Shown: piece after piece, positions 38,469-47,315 of the stretch
Numbering within the stretch: position 1 is the stretch's first letter
How the letters are laid out: the number at the start of each line of letters is the position of its first letter
From: Silvanigrellaceae bacterium
GTDB lineage: Bacteria > Bdellovibrionota_B > Oligoflexia > Silvanigrellales > Silvanigrellaceae
NCBI GenBank assembly: GCA_049423385.1
Contig: JBMSQQ010000011.1
Span: forward strand, 1 to 50,920
Length of the DNA: 50,920 nucleotides
Reading direction: 5' to 3'
Position numbers and translations under genes: made by a program
Notes under the pieces: model-generated
The model's database searches: none
What the model was told of the DNA's origin: nothing
What the model saw: the letters and a program-made list of their open reading frames with translations, nothing else

Positions 38469-38500
38469 AAAGCCCCGCTTCGTGCGGGGCTTTTTCATTT
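38469..38500. terminator. bidirectional rho-independent terminator between convergent genes
   Basis: AAAGCCCCGC-ttcgt-GCGGGGCTTT then TTCATTT. Confidence 0.85.
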
Positions 38501-38520
38501 GAACAGTGATTGGAAAAATA

Positions 38521-38958
38521 TTACACGAGTGCTTTTTTAAGCGCCTCGGACAATCCTTTGCCATCGACACGTCCAACAAGTTCGGCTTGAAGAGATTTCA
38601 TCAGGACACCGAAAGTTCTTTCACTCGTCCTGCCGAGAAAGTCTTTGATGTACGTTTCGAGTTCAGCGCCAGACAGTGCCTTGGGCAGATAACGTTCCAC
38701 GATACTCAACTCTGCTTTGAGCGGAGCTTGCCTGTCGGGTGGGTATTCGGCGAGGCTTTTTTGAAGTTGTTTCTGATATGCTGCCAAAATCTGAACGACC
38801 TCAGCCTCGGTGCGAAGTCGCCCTGGTTCCTTGAGGTCGTTGATTTCAGCATTGCGTACTTCGTTGATCATCATGCGCAAAACGCCAAGAAGATCCTTTT
38901 CACCTTCCTTCATGGCTTTTTTCATGTCTTCTGTGAGGCGTGATTTCGTTTCACTCAT
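38521..38958 (-). CDS. GatB/YqeY domain protein
   Basis: RLTEDMKKAMK...LGVLRM...EI, ELSIVERYLPK.LS, GRVDGK. Confidence 0.88.
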   Translation of the reverse strand: MSETKSRLTEDMKKAMKEGEKDLLGVLRMMINEVRNAEINDLKEPGRLRTEAEVVQILAAYQKQLQKSLAEYPPDRQAPLKAELSIVERYLPKALSGAELETYIKDFLGRTSERTFGVLMKSLQAELVGRVDGKGLSEALKKALV

Positions 38959-39012
38959 TGCGTTCTTCCTCTTTGCGAAATTCACCGGGCCTCGGTTGAC
39001 GTTGGTCGCTGA

Positions 39013-42000
39013 TTATTGCGGCTGAACAAAAAGCACAGCCCGCTCGCGCCCAATGGTCACCGAAATGCGTCCCTTGTCGTCTACCGGATAGGAACGTCCC
39101 GAGACAAGCTCAACGGCATCTTTCCTTGGAACAAATTTGGTTTGCAGCAGGATTGTCTGAGCATCCCTCGACATCAGCTCATTGGAAAGGAAATAGGCGA
39201 AGTTCGAGTTGGCAAACGAGCGCTCATATCCCCAGAGCCAGGTTGAATCGGCTTCCGGACTCCCAACAACGACAGTTCGGTTGTCGACCGACAGGGTGAT
39301 GTTCGAATTCAGACGGCCTCGACGCAGGGCGGGATGTTCTTTGCGTGCAACAATGATGCGTTGATAAACCGAGAACAAGTCCTTGTCTGCCTCAGAGGAG
39401 AATTTCACATTCGGATTTTCAAGACACCATGTTCCCGGGTGTGTGACACACTGGGTTTCGAACTGTTGGGACAATGCCAAGTCATCCCAGACCATGGGTT
39501 TGCGACAGGTTGGATCATCCGCGCCCCACATGCCAATCTCTGCACCGTAGTAGACCACCGGCGCACCAATGTAAGACATTTGAAAAGCGACAATTCCCTT
39601 GAAGAATTCTTTTTCAAGAAGTCCGGGCTTGTCGTTTGAGTACAGGGCTCCGCGATCGGGCTTGTTGACTGTATCGTTATCCCAGCTGTTGCCTTCTTGT
39701 GGACGCGGCGAAAGTTGGCGATTCTGCCAGATGGTTTTGCTGAGGAAACGGTCGGTGTCATGGCTGTCGAGCATCGTCCAGAGCGCATGCTTGATGTGCT
39801 CCTTGTAGCCGTTCAAGCGCGATTCCATGAAGTTTCGAGCCGCACTGGGCGTGAATTTGTTGCGTTGATCGGGATTGATGAACCAGCTTTCGGCCAGCGT
39901 CCTGGCTCGATAGTTCATGATGCCGTCGGCTTGGTCGCCCTGCAGAATTTCGAATCCGTCATACCAGTCTTCAGCAATAATCAAAGCGTCGCGCTTGATG
40001 CTCTTGAGGTGATTGCGAAACAATCGCCAAAATGATGCAGGCACATCAGCATAGACGTCGAGCCTGATTCCATCGACACCCTTGTACCTGATGCCATCGA
40101 TGGTGCGCGGCATGAACCAACGATCGACAACCGCAAAGATGTGTTTCTGTAGACCAGGGTGAAGAGCACCGTTCGCAAATCCCTGTCTGTGATTGATGAG
40201 CGGACAAAATCCGGCCCATGAGTCAAAACGAATCTTGCTGGCGTATGGGAATTGGGTTGCGTCGGGGTAAAACTCCGACAACTGGCAGCCGCGTGCATAG
40301 TAGTTCGGTTCACCTTCGTATGAGGTCGCAAACCATTCATAATAAGGCGATGCTCTTCCTCGTTTCGCAATGTCTTCAACGAGTGGTCCATTCGAGGCCG
40401 AGTGATTGAAGACTCCGTCAATCACAACCCTGATGCCGTTCTCCTGCAACTCGTTGACAACCGAAATGAACTCCTTGTCGGCCCGGGTAAACTTCCAGGT
40501 TGCGGGGTCGTCGAGACTTTCGTTTGCCAGCAAACGCTTGTCATCCTCGTACAAGTCGGGCTTGCCGTCGCGTCCTGTTGTCATTGGGCCAAGTTTGGCA
40601 TCGACGTGGCGATAGTCTTTGGTGTCATACCGGTGAAGGGAATCCGAATCAAAAACGGGATTGAAGTAGACTCCGGTGATGCCCATCGACTTCAAGTAAG
40701 GAATCGATTGACGCACACCCTGAAGGTCGCCTCCATAGCGACGTGTGAAGATGATCTGTCTTTGTACTTCTCGAGGGTCCAGTTCAGGTTGAGTTTGCCG
40801 AACGATGCGCTCCATGTTTTTTTCAGTCGGCGTGAAGCTGAACCAACTGCTGTTCCAGGGTGTGACGGTGCGTTCGAGGCGAGACAACGCAGGACGACTC
40901 TTTTCCCATTCGGTGGGCAATTGACCAACGACGTCATTGGAAGGATCACCGTTCCGGAATCGTTCCGGAAAAATCTGATACCACGTGGAATCCACAGACC
41001 AGAGGGGAACTTCGTAGAGGTCTGCTCCGTTGATTTGCTGGGTGTTTGCATCATAGACGAAATCATAGGACTCGTCGGTTTGACCGTTTGCAAATGGATC
41101 ACCGGTGATAATTCCGTGCTTGCCAAGATTGAACGAATTGTCTCCGTCCTTGGCAACAACGACGTACGCAGATTTGATGGATTGCTCGGGGAGTGTGAGC
41201 AATCCCGAGTACACGGTGAATCGGAGTGCATCGATGGAATAGGTTGTTTGCGGTGAAAGTTGCATCAGTTGACCATCGGAAAACTTGACAGCAACGTTTT
41301 CTGCATCACCCTCAAACATCCGCAACTTGAAACGAATCACGCGTTCGCCGGCATCGAGGGCTGCCACCGACTGCATGTCCAGATCGACAGCGGCTTCATC
41401 AATCAGGCCATCTCTTTTTCCAATGAACGATTTTGCCAGTTGGTTTCTGGATGAAAAGAGGATGTTGTTGTTGAATGGGGCTGATCCGGACTGAGGCTGG
41501 GTGGCATCTGCCAACCAGTCGAATGTTTCATCCTCATAGCGAACAACAAACTTGTACGTTACGTCCTGCGTGCGTTCGATCTGCAGTGTTCGTTGAAACG
41601 ATCCGTCTGTTTGCGGAGCAAGGCGAAAGTTGTCGTCGAATGATGGTGACCAGCCCCTGAAGGAACCGGTGACGTACACCGACTTCACCTGTTTGCTGCG
41701 CGGCGGAAGCTTGGACAACCTGAATTCCGCACGTCTGGGACTGACCAGTGTGGAACGCATTATCGAGGAGATGCCTCGGTTGTTTATCGAAATGGCTCGA
41801 ACGATTGCCGGTTCGGAGAGTCTGAATTGTCCCGTGAAGAGTTTGGTCGAGCCGCGTGGAGCCAAGCCGTTGGTCACGGGCACGGAACCGTCAAGCGTGT
41901 AGAAAATTTTTGTATCGCGGGTCGAATTGATTGTGATTTCCTGTTCACCCGAATCGCTCACAAGCCGCGTCTGGATTTTCACGATGGGCTGTTCGGCGAC

Positions 42001-42234
42001 TCTCGTGGTGCTGCTGTTGGGCAGTCGGAGTCTTGAGACCGTCAGTTGTTCAGGCTGATTCGCAATTTGACCCCAAGCATACGTCGGTTCGAGCTGCTGG
42101 AGATCCGAGAGGTGACTGGGCTTGGAGACCGCTGTTGACGAGCGGCAACCGCTCAGTGCAGCAAGCGTGGTTGCCAACACCAGGGATTTGTTGATCCATC
42201 CGTAAGTTTTTGAAGTCTGTTTATGACAATTCAT
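39013..42234 (-). CDS. GH13 alpha-amylase/neopullulanase-type lipoprotein with Fn3-associated and CBM48-like N-terminal domains
   Basis: Lipobox LSGC; IFYTLDGSVP; VYVTGSFRGW...YKFVV; WYQIFPERFRNGD, YGGDLQG, DGVFNH, DGIRLDV, AEDW, LDSHD. Confidence 0.92.
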   Translation of the reverse strand: MNCHKQTSKTYGWINKSLVLATTLAALSGCRSSTAVSKPSHLSDLQQLEPTYAWGQIANQPEQLTVSRLRLPNSSTTRVAEQPIVKIQTRLVSDSGEQEITINSTRDTKIFYTLDGSVPVTNGLAPRGSTKLFTGQFRLSEPAIVRAISINNRGISSIMRSTLVSPRRAEFRLSKLPPRSKQVKSVYVTGSFRGWSPSFDDNFRLAPQTDGSFQRTLQIERTQDVTYKFVVRYEDETFDWLADATQPQSGSAPFNNNILFSSRNQLAKSFIGKRDGLIDEAAVDLDMQSVAALDAGERVIRFKLRMFEGDAENVAVKFSDGQLMQLSPQTTYSIDALRFTVYSGLLTLPEQSIKSAYVVVAKDGDNSFNLGKHGIITGDPFANGQTDESYDFVYDANTQQINGADLYEVPLWSVDSTWYQIFPERFRNGDPSNDVVGQLPTEWEKSRPALSRLERTVTPWNSSWFSFTPTEKNMERIVRQTQPELDPREVQRQIIFTRRYGGDLQGVRQSIPYLKSMGITGVYFNPVFDSDSLHRYDTKDYRHVDAKLGPMTTGRDGKPDLYEDDKRLLANESLDDPATWKFTRADKEFISVVNELQENGIRVVIDGVFNHSASNGPLVEDIAKRGRASPYYEWFATSYEGEPNYYARGCQLSEFYPDATQFPYASKIRFDSWAGFCPLINHRQGFANGALHPGLQKHIFAVVDRWFMPRTIDGIRYKGVDGIRLDVYADVPASFWRLFRNHLKSIKRDALIIAEDWYDGFEILQGDQADGIMNYRARTLAESWFINPDQRNKFTPSAARNFMESRLNGYKEHIKHALWTMLDSHDTDRFLSKTIWQNRQLSPRPQEGNSWDNDTVNKPDRGALYSNDKPGLLEKEFFKGIVAFQMSYIGAPVVYYGAEIGMWGADDPTCRKPMVWDDLALSQQFETQCVTHPGTWCLENPNVKFSSEADKDLFSVYQRIIVARKEHPALRRGRLNSNITLSVDNRTVVVGSPEADSTWLWGYERSFANSNFAYFLSNELMSRDAQTILLQTKFVPRKDAVELVSGRSYPVDDKGRISVTIGRERAVLFVQPQ

Positions 42235-43345
42235 TCACACGTCCGCCTTCTTCCGTGGAGTCGAACCAGTGCAGTGCTTTGCGATCGATAGTGGTTGCCA
42301 ATTCAGAGCCACGAACCGCTGATTCCATCACCTGCAATCGCTTGGGATTTGCAGAACGGATAATCACCTGTTGGCCGGCCATTGTCGCGACCAGGTGTGT
42401 TTCGTGTCCATGCGGTTCAACGAGGACAACCTTGGGATTGCAGTCGACGTTTCCTTGTGATTCCCGCCCATCGCGAGCCAGAACCTTCAAGGATTCCGGA
42501 CGCAGCCCCAACGTATAATTTCCCGATGTTTTCGGAGTCGGTGCATCCGAGAAATCAAATTGCTGGTTGTTGACTGAGAACGTCTTTTTGCCATTCGAAA
42601 TTTCGAGGTGACCCTTGAAGAAGTTCATGCTTGGGTTGCCGATGAACGACGCAACGAATGTGTTGACAGGGTTGTTGTAAAGCTCCAGGGGAGAGCCCAA
42701 CTGTTGAACGCGACCTTTGTTCAAGACGGCAATTCTGTCGGCAAGGGTCATGGCCTCAACCTGGTCGTGAGTCACATAGACGACAGTCGCACCCACCGTT
42801 TGATGCAAAGCCGCAAGTTCAATTCGGGTTTGGCTTCTGAGCTGAGCGTCGAGATTCGACAATGGTTCGTCGAACAGGAAAAGTGCAGGCTTGCGGACAA
42901 TTGCCCGGCCAATGGCCACGCGCTGCCGTTGACCGCCTGAAAGTTGGCTCGGCTTTCGTTCGAGTAGATGATCAATATTGAGCATCTTGCTTGCTGTTTG
43001 GATGCGTTCGTCGATTTCCTGCTGAGGTCGCTTTTTGATGCGCAAACCAAAGCTGAGGTTTTCCCGCACTGTCATGTGCGGATAAAGAGCATAATCTTGA
43101 AACACCATCGCAATATCGCGTTCCGCGGGAGCGAGTTCGTTGACAACTCTTTCTCCAATCTGGATGTCGCCCGATGTGATATCTTCAAGGCCCGCAATCA
43201 TGCGCAAAAGTGTTGATTTGCCACATCCCGAAGGTCCCACCAGCACCAGAAATTCTCCGTGTGCCGCTTCAATATTCACATTCTTAAGGACTTCAACCTT
43301 GTTTTCGTAAACCTTGTTGAGATCCTTTATGACCAGCTTGGCCAT
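42221..43345 (-). CDS. malK: sugar ABC transporter ATP-binding protein (MalK/MsmX/UgpC type)
   Basis: GPSGCGKST, VFQDYALYPHM, LSGGQRQRVA, DEPLSNLDA, YVTHDQVEAM; RBS GGAG. Confidence 0.92.
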   Translation of the reverse strand: MAKLVIKDLNKVYENKVEVLKNVNIEAAHGEFLVLVGPSGCGKSTLLRMIAGLEDITSGDIQIGERVVNELAPAERDIAMVFQDYALYPHMTVRENLSFGLRIKKRPQQEIDERIQTASKMLNIDHLLERKPSQLSGGQRQRVAIGRAIVRKPALFLFDEPLSNLDAQLRSQTRIELAALHQTVGATVVYVTHDQVEAMTLADRIAVLNKGRVQQLGSPLELYNNPVNTFVASFIGNPSMNFFKGHLEISNGKKTFSVNNQQFDFSDAPTPKTSGNYTLGLRPESLKVLARDGRESQGNVDCNPKVVLVEPHGHETHLVATMAGQQVIIRSANPKRLQVMESAVRGSELATTIDRKALHWFDSTEEGGRVNELS

Positions 43346-43421
43346 GTTGACTCCAAAAATGAATCGTTTGAGAAGGATTGTGTGCCCAAAATTGGTACTT
43401 GACTGGTCGCTTTTTCGCAAG

Positions 43422-45737
43422 TCATGGCGCCTGCCTCAAGCTCGACTTCAATGCTCCAAGAGCATTGATGGAGCCGCATTTGGAGAAAGGCGTTGCCAGC
43501 TTGTTTTTTTCCGCTCCTGTGCAGAGTGCAGCCAGCGTTGCCTGGTTTTGTTGTTCAGACGACCATTCGGGGTGAGTTTGCCTCAGTGTACCCAGAACCA
43601 GACTGGCAACCGACGCTGCGATTGGTGAAGCCATGCTCGTTCCGGACTTTTCACCAAAACGCCCTTCTGGAAGTGTGCTGAATATGTTTAATCCAGGAGC
43701 AAATGCAAAAACAGATCGTTCACCCCAGTTGCTGAATCGGGCCTTTGTCTGGGAGGGTGTCCCTGCTCCTATCGGAAAAATACCCGGGAATTTTTTGGGC
43801 ACCTGGGGATAAATGTCTGAATTGAGAGCATCGTTGCCTGCCGAAGAAAAAACGATCACGTTCGCACGCGATGCTGCCGCGAATGCATCTCTCAGGATTT
43901 GAGTTTCTGGCCCTCCACCCCAAGAGCAGTTCATGATGTCGGTTCCGGATTGAAGCGCAGCCGAAATTGCACGGGCGAGATCGATGCTGTTGCTTTTGCC
44001 TTGAGAATCGAGAGCTCTGTAGATTTTCAATCGGGTGTTGAAGGCTCCACCCAAAAGAACTTGTCTTGACCAGCTGTTGTTGACGAGACCTGCAACATGG
44101 GTTCCGTGTCCAAAATCGTCCTCGATGGCACCGCTTTCCTTCACGAAATCATAACCATGGACATCGTCCACAAGCCCGTTTTCATCATCGTCAATTCCAT
44201 TGTCAGGAACTTCCCTCTCATTCACGGCAAAGACTCCGCGCAGGCCAGGGTGTTTGAGATCGACACCACTGTCGACAATCGAAACTCGAACGTCGAGTGG
44301 AGACACGCCTGATGCCTGAAGTTCGGCAATCGCCTTGGGCAATTGTAGCGCATCAACCCACCAGGGTCTTTTGGGGGTGTCTTCTTTCATTTGGGTTGCA
44401 GGGATCCATTCGTTGGCCAGGCTGATGGCATCAAATTCAACTTGGGGTTCGAGTGCGGCCCAGTGGTTGGGAAGTTTTTTGGGAACAGGCCCTTCCACCA
44501 CAATGACGTCACCTGTCGCTTGAACGAAATTGGAAAAGGGTGAATAGCTGAACAGCGGTCGAGGTTTTGTCTGATTCGGATTGGCAAAGACCTCAAGTTC
44601 ATCAACCCGACCCTTGAGCCAAACTGCGAATCTGGATTTTTTGGAAAGCCTGTATTCACTTTCAAACTTCAAATTTGTTTTTGAATGGTCGAGCTTCTCA
44701 AATTCCGGGGGAAGTGTGGCGATGTCGGCATCGGTGTCGCCGACGATCATGTATTTGTTCTGCTTCCGGTTCAACGCAGTACCGGGACTTGTGGACTCAG
44801 AAAAAACGAGTGGGGTTTTGATTCGGATAAATTTCGAATCCTTGCCAACGTAGGTTCCCCAGATGCCAGCAACAATCCATGACCCATCGGGCGAAAGGGA
44901 TGCGCCGCAGCCGCCTGTTTCCGAGCACGGACTGATGTTGATGTTGGTTTTGTCGGTCCACGTCTGACTGCCGGAAACGACCCGTCTCTCGGCAATAGAA
45001 ACCTGGGCCTGTCCTGCCCGGAGGACAACATTTCCGCGAGTGGCGAAGGTGTCATGTGGATCAATTTCGCTCCAGGGTGAACGGAGCAGTTCGATTTGTG
45101 CGTTGTTGTCGTGGTCCGGACGCAATGTGGCATTCTGACCATTGATGTTGAGTGCCAGGAATTGACCACCGACTGCCAGAAAGTGTGACCATGCGCCGGT
45201 CGCGCCAGGCAGTTTGAATCTTGAAACAATCTGGTTCGACGAGTCTGCGTTGGCAAATATCAACCCGACTCCAGTCTTCAAATTCAATGCAGCCCAGGAA
45301 CCGCCTGTTGAGTCGACGGCACAGCGCAAGTCACGTGCAGATGCGAGATTGAGTTCGCCAGAAAGATCGCGAGTTTCGAACTTGAATTTGCCTGCCGAAT
45401 CAATACTGGCCAAAATGGTTTCGGTTTGCGAACAGACTCTGGCCAGTGTGGGCAAAGTGCTGTCGGGGAGTCTTTCAATCAGGCCTCCCGAGACTATCGC
45501 AGGTTCATTTGGAAAAGATCTTTTGAATAACCGTGCTGCCGAGAATTGATTCCGGTAAACAACGATTTTATTGTCTCCTGAAACGAAAAAATCTCCGGCG
45601 CTGTTGGCATCTGCAAGGGCTCTGGAACCAGGATTTGCATATCCATTGGCTGCAATGGCAGTCGCGTTCGTGAAGACGCTGGCAAGGCTGAGAATCCATA
45701 CAGGATTCCAAATCCGAAACGGCAGTTTCATCTGCAC
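43422..45737 (-). CDS. secreted S8 (subtilisin-like) serine peptidase with large uncharacterised N-terminal domain
   Basis: Triad motifs IVDSG, GHGTHVAG, SGTSMASP; NGIDDDENGLVDDVHGYDF; signal peptide. Confidence 0.92.
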   Translation of the reverse strand: MQMKLPFRIWNPVWILSLASVFTNATAIAANGYANPGSRALADANSAGDFFVSGDNKIVVYRNQFSAARLFKRSFPNEPAIVSGGLIERLPDSTLPTLARVCSQTETILASIDSAGKFKFETRDLSGELNLASARDLRCAVDSTGGSWAALNLKTGVGLIFANADSSNQIVSRFKLPGATGAWSHFLAVGGQFLALNINGQNATLRPDHDNNAQIELLRSPWSEIDPHDTFATRGNVVLRAGQAQVSIAERRVVSGSQTWTDKTNINISPCSETGGCGASLSPDGSWIVAGIWGTYVGKDSKFIRIKTPLVFSESTSPGTALNRKQNKYMIVGDTDADIATLPPEFEKLDHSKTNLKFESEYRLSKKSRFAVWLKGRVDELEVFANPNQTKPRPLFSYSPFSNFVQATGDVIVVEGPVPKKLPNHWAALEPQVEFDAISLANEWIPATQMKEDTPKRPWWVDALQLPKAIAELQASGVSPLDVRVSIVDSGVDLKHPGLRGVFAVNEREVPDNGIDDDENGLVDDVHGYDFVKESGAIEDDFGHGTHVAGLVNNSWSRQVLLGGAFNTRLKIYRALDSQGKSNSIDLARAISAALQSGTDIMNCSWGGGPETQILRDAFAAASRANVIVFSSAGNDALNSDIYPQVPKKFPGIFPIGAGTPSQTKARFSNWGERSVFAFAPGLNIFSTLPEGRFGEKSGTSMASPIAASVASLVLGTLRQTHPEWSSEQQNQATLAALCTGAEKNKLATPFSKCGSINALGALKSSLRQAP

Positions 45738-45761
45738 AGATCCTCGTGGGAAGTGTTCGAT

Positions 45762-47168
45762 TCAAGGGGTCGAAATAAATTCGAACGATCTTGGCGCGAC
45801 GATTCCGTTGTGAGGACTGGTCGATCGACCAGCACTTAACCAAAACAGTCCATCTGTCGAAAATTGGAAATTGTAATCCAGTTTTTTCCATGCGCGCTGA
45901 CGCAACATTTCGCCCGGGACAATCCAGCGGAAGCGATAATTTTGACCACTACGACCCACATATGTCAGCCACTGGTTCTTTTGCTCGTTTCCGTCCAACG
46001 ACCAGTGCACCTGCGCTTGAATCGCTTCAGGTGTCGTTTCCAATGATGTTGTCAAGCCAGGAACCAAGACTTCAGCCTCGACAACACGGCAGTTTTTCAG
46101 GTCGGTGTCGGTCAATGCCACATCATCTGCCAAAGCGACTGGCGCCGCAGGTGAAGCGCATTGGCCTGCATTCTGCAACATCCGCCATTGGCCGGCCCAG
46201 GCGGGCGAGGGGGCAACATCGGGATTGAAATGAAATTCGTAATTTCGTCCATAGTTGCTGTCCCATGCTCCTTCGCAATTCCTGCCTCGGGTTCTGAACC
46301 AAACGTGGGCATCGGTTGAGCCTTCCGGAATTTCAAAGCGTGCAGGGGTCCCGGTAATTTTCCCGTTTTGCATCGAGCTCAAGGTCGAAATGAATTCTTC
46401 GCCATTTGGCAAGAAGCGTATCAATGCCTCTGTTTGCCAGGCGGGCAACCCATTGTTGCTGCTGGCTTGGCATTGCGGCAGTCGCGAGAGATCATACTCG
46501 ATCAGAAGAGACTGTCCGGGGCGAGGATGGCCACGTTGCTCGATTTCCCAATTTCCAAGAAATCTCAGGGTGCTCGAACCTTTTCCGGCAACCGGGCAAA
46601 CCGCAGGATCGCTGTTCATTGTCCAATCGAATTCACCTGTCAGCATCACGCTGTCCGAGTCGCCCAAGCTCGTGTTGTGGTCGAAAATGCGGCGACCATC
46701 GGTGGTTTGAAGATAAGGAATAACAAACAGTTTGCTGTTTGGGTTTGGTCGCGTGGCACCCAAATCTGCGACGGGGAGGGTCGACTGCGAGAGTCGAAAG
46801 GAAAATCGCTGCATGCCCTGGGGAGCGCCGGGAATGGTCATTCCTGGGGCTGAGTGCCACAGAGGGTCGTTTGAAGCACGGTACAGCAAAAAGACGTTGG
46901 TCCCTTTTGCAAGCGGCGGCAGGGCTGCATCGACCGTACTCTCGAAGGTAAACCACGACGCACCCGTGCCGTCGATATCGATGACAGGCGTGCCTGTCGT
47001 TGCTTCCCGTTTGAGCACCGTGTTGCGCAGGACAACCTGGCAGGAGTGGTCGGCGCTGTCGCTGTCGAGCGATTTGAACGTGTCCGTTCGGATGTCTGCC
47101 TGTGCCGCTGACGTGGGCCAGATGAGGGCAAATGCTGCGATGAGCAAGCCTGCTGTCGCTTTATCCAT
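45762..47168 (-). CDS. secreted DUF6209-like multi-domain protein
   Basis: F..NW..EQ.G, IEYDLSRLPQC, VWF..., WDSNYGRNYEF; signal ending AQA; RBS GAGGAGG. Confidence 0.7.
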   Translation of the reverse strand: MDKATAGLLIAAFALIWPTSAAQADIRTDTFKSLDSDSADHSCQVVLRNTVLKREATTGTPVIDIDGTGASWFTFESTVDAALPPLAKGTNVFLLYRASNDPLWHSAPGMTIPGAPQGMQRFSFRLSQSTLPVADLGATRPNPNSKLFVIPYLQTTDGRRIFDHNTSLGDSDSVMLTGEFDWTMNSDPAVCPVAGKGSSTLRFLGNWEIEQRGHPRPGQSLLIEYDLSRLPQCQASSNNGLPAWQTEALIRFLPNGEEFISTLSSMQNGKITGTPARFEIPEGSTDAHVWFRTRGRNCEGAWDSNYGRNYEFHFNPDVAPSPAWAGQWRMLQNAGQCASPAAPVALADDVALTDTDLKNCRVVEAEVLVPGLTTSLETTPEAIQAQVHWSLDGNEQKNQWLTYVGRSGQNYRFRWIVPGEMLRQRAWKKLDYNFQFSTDGLFWLSAGRSTSPHNGIVAPRSFEFISTP

Positions 47169-47315
47169 ACAATGGACCTCCTCGAGGCAAAAACATTTGT
47201 TTGCCGGCTAGCTAGCATAGATTATCCTTGCCGGCAAAAAGCCGGGTCCTTGCTCCCTCCCCTCTGCGCATGAGAGAAGCATTCCCGTCTGGAAAATCTG
47301 GTCTGCAAGGAGAAC

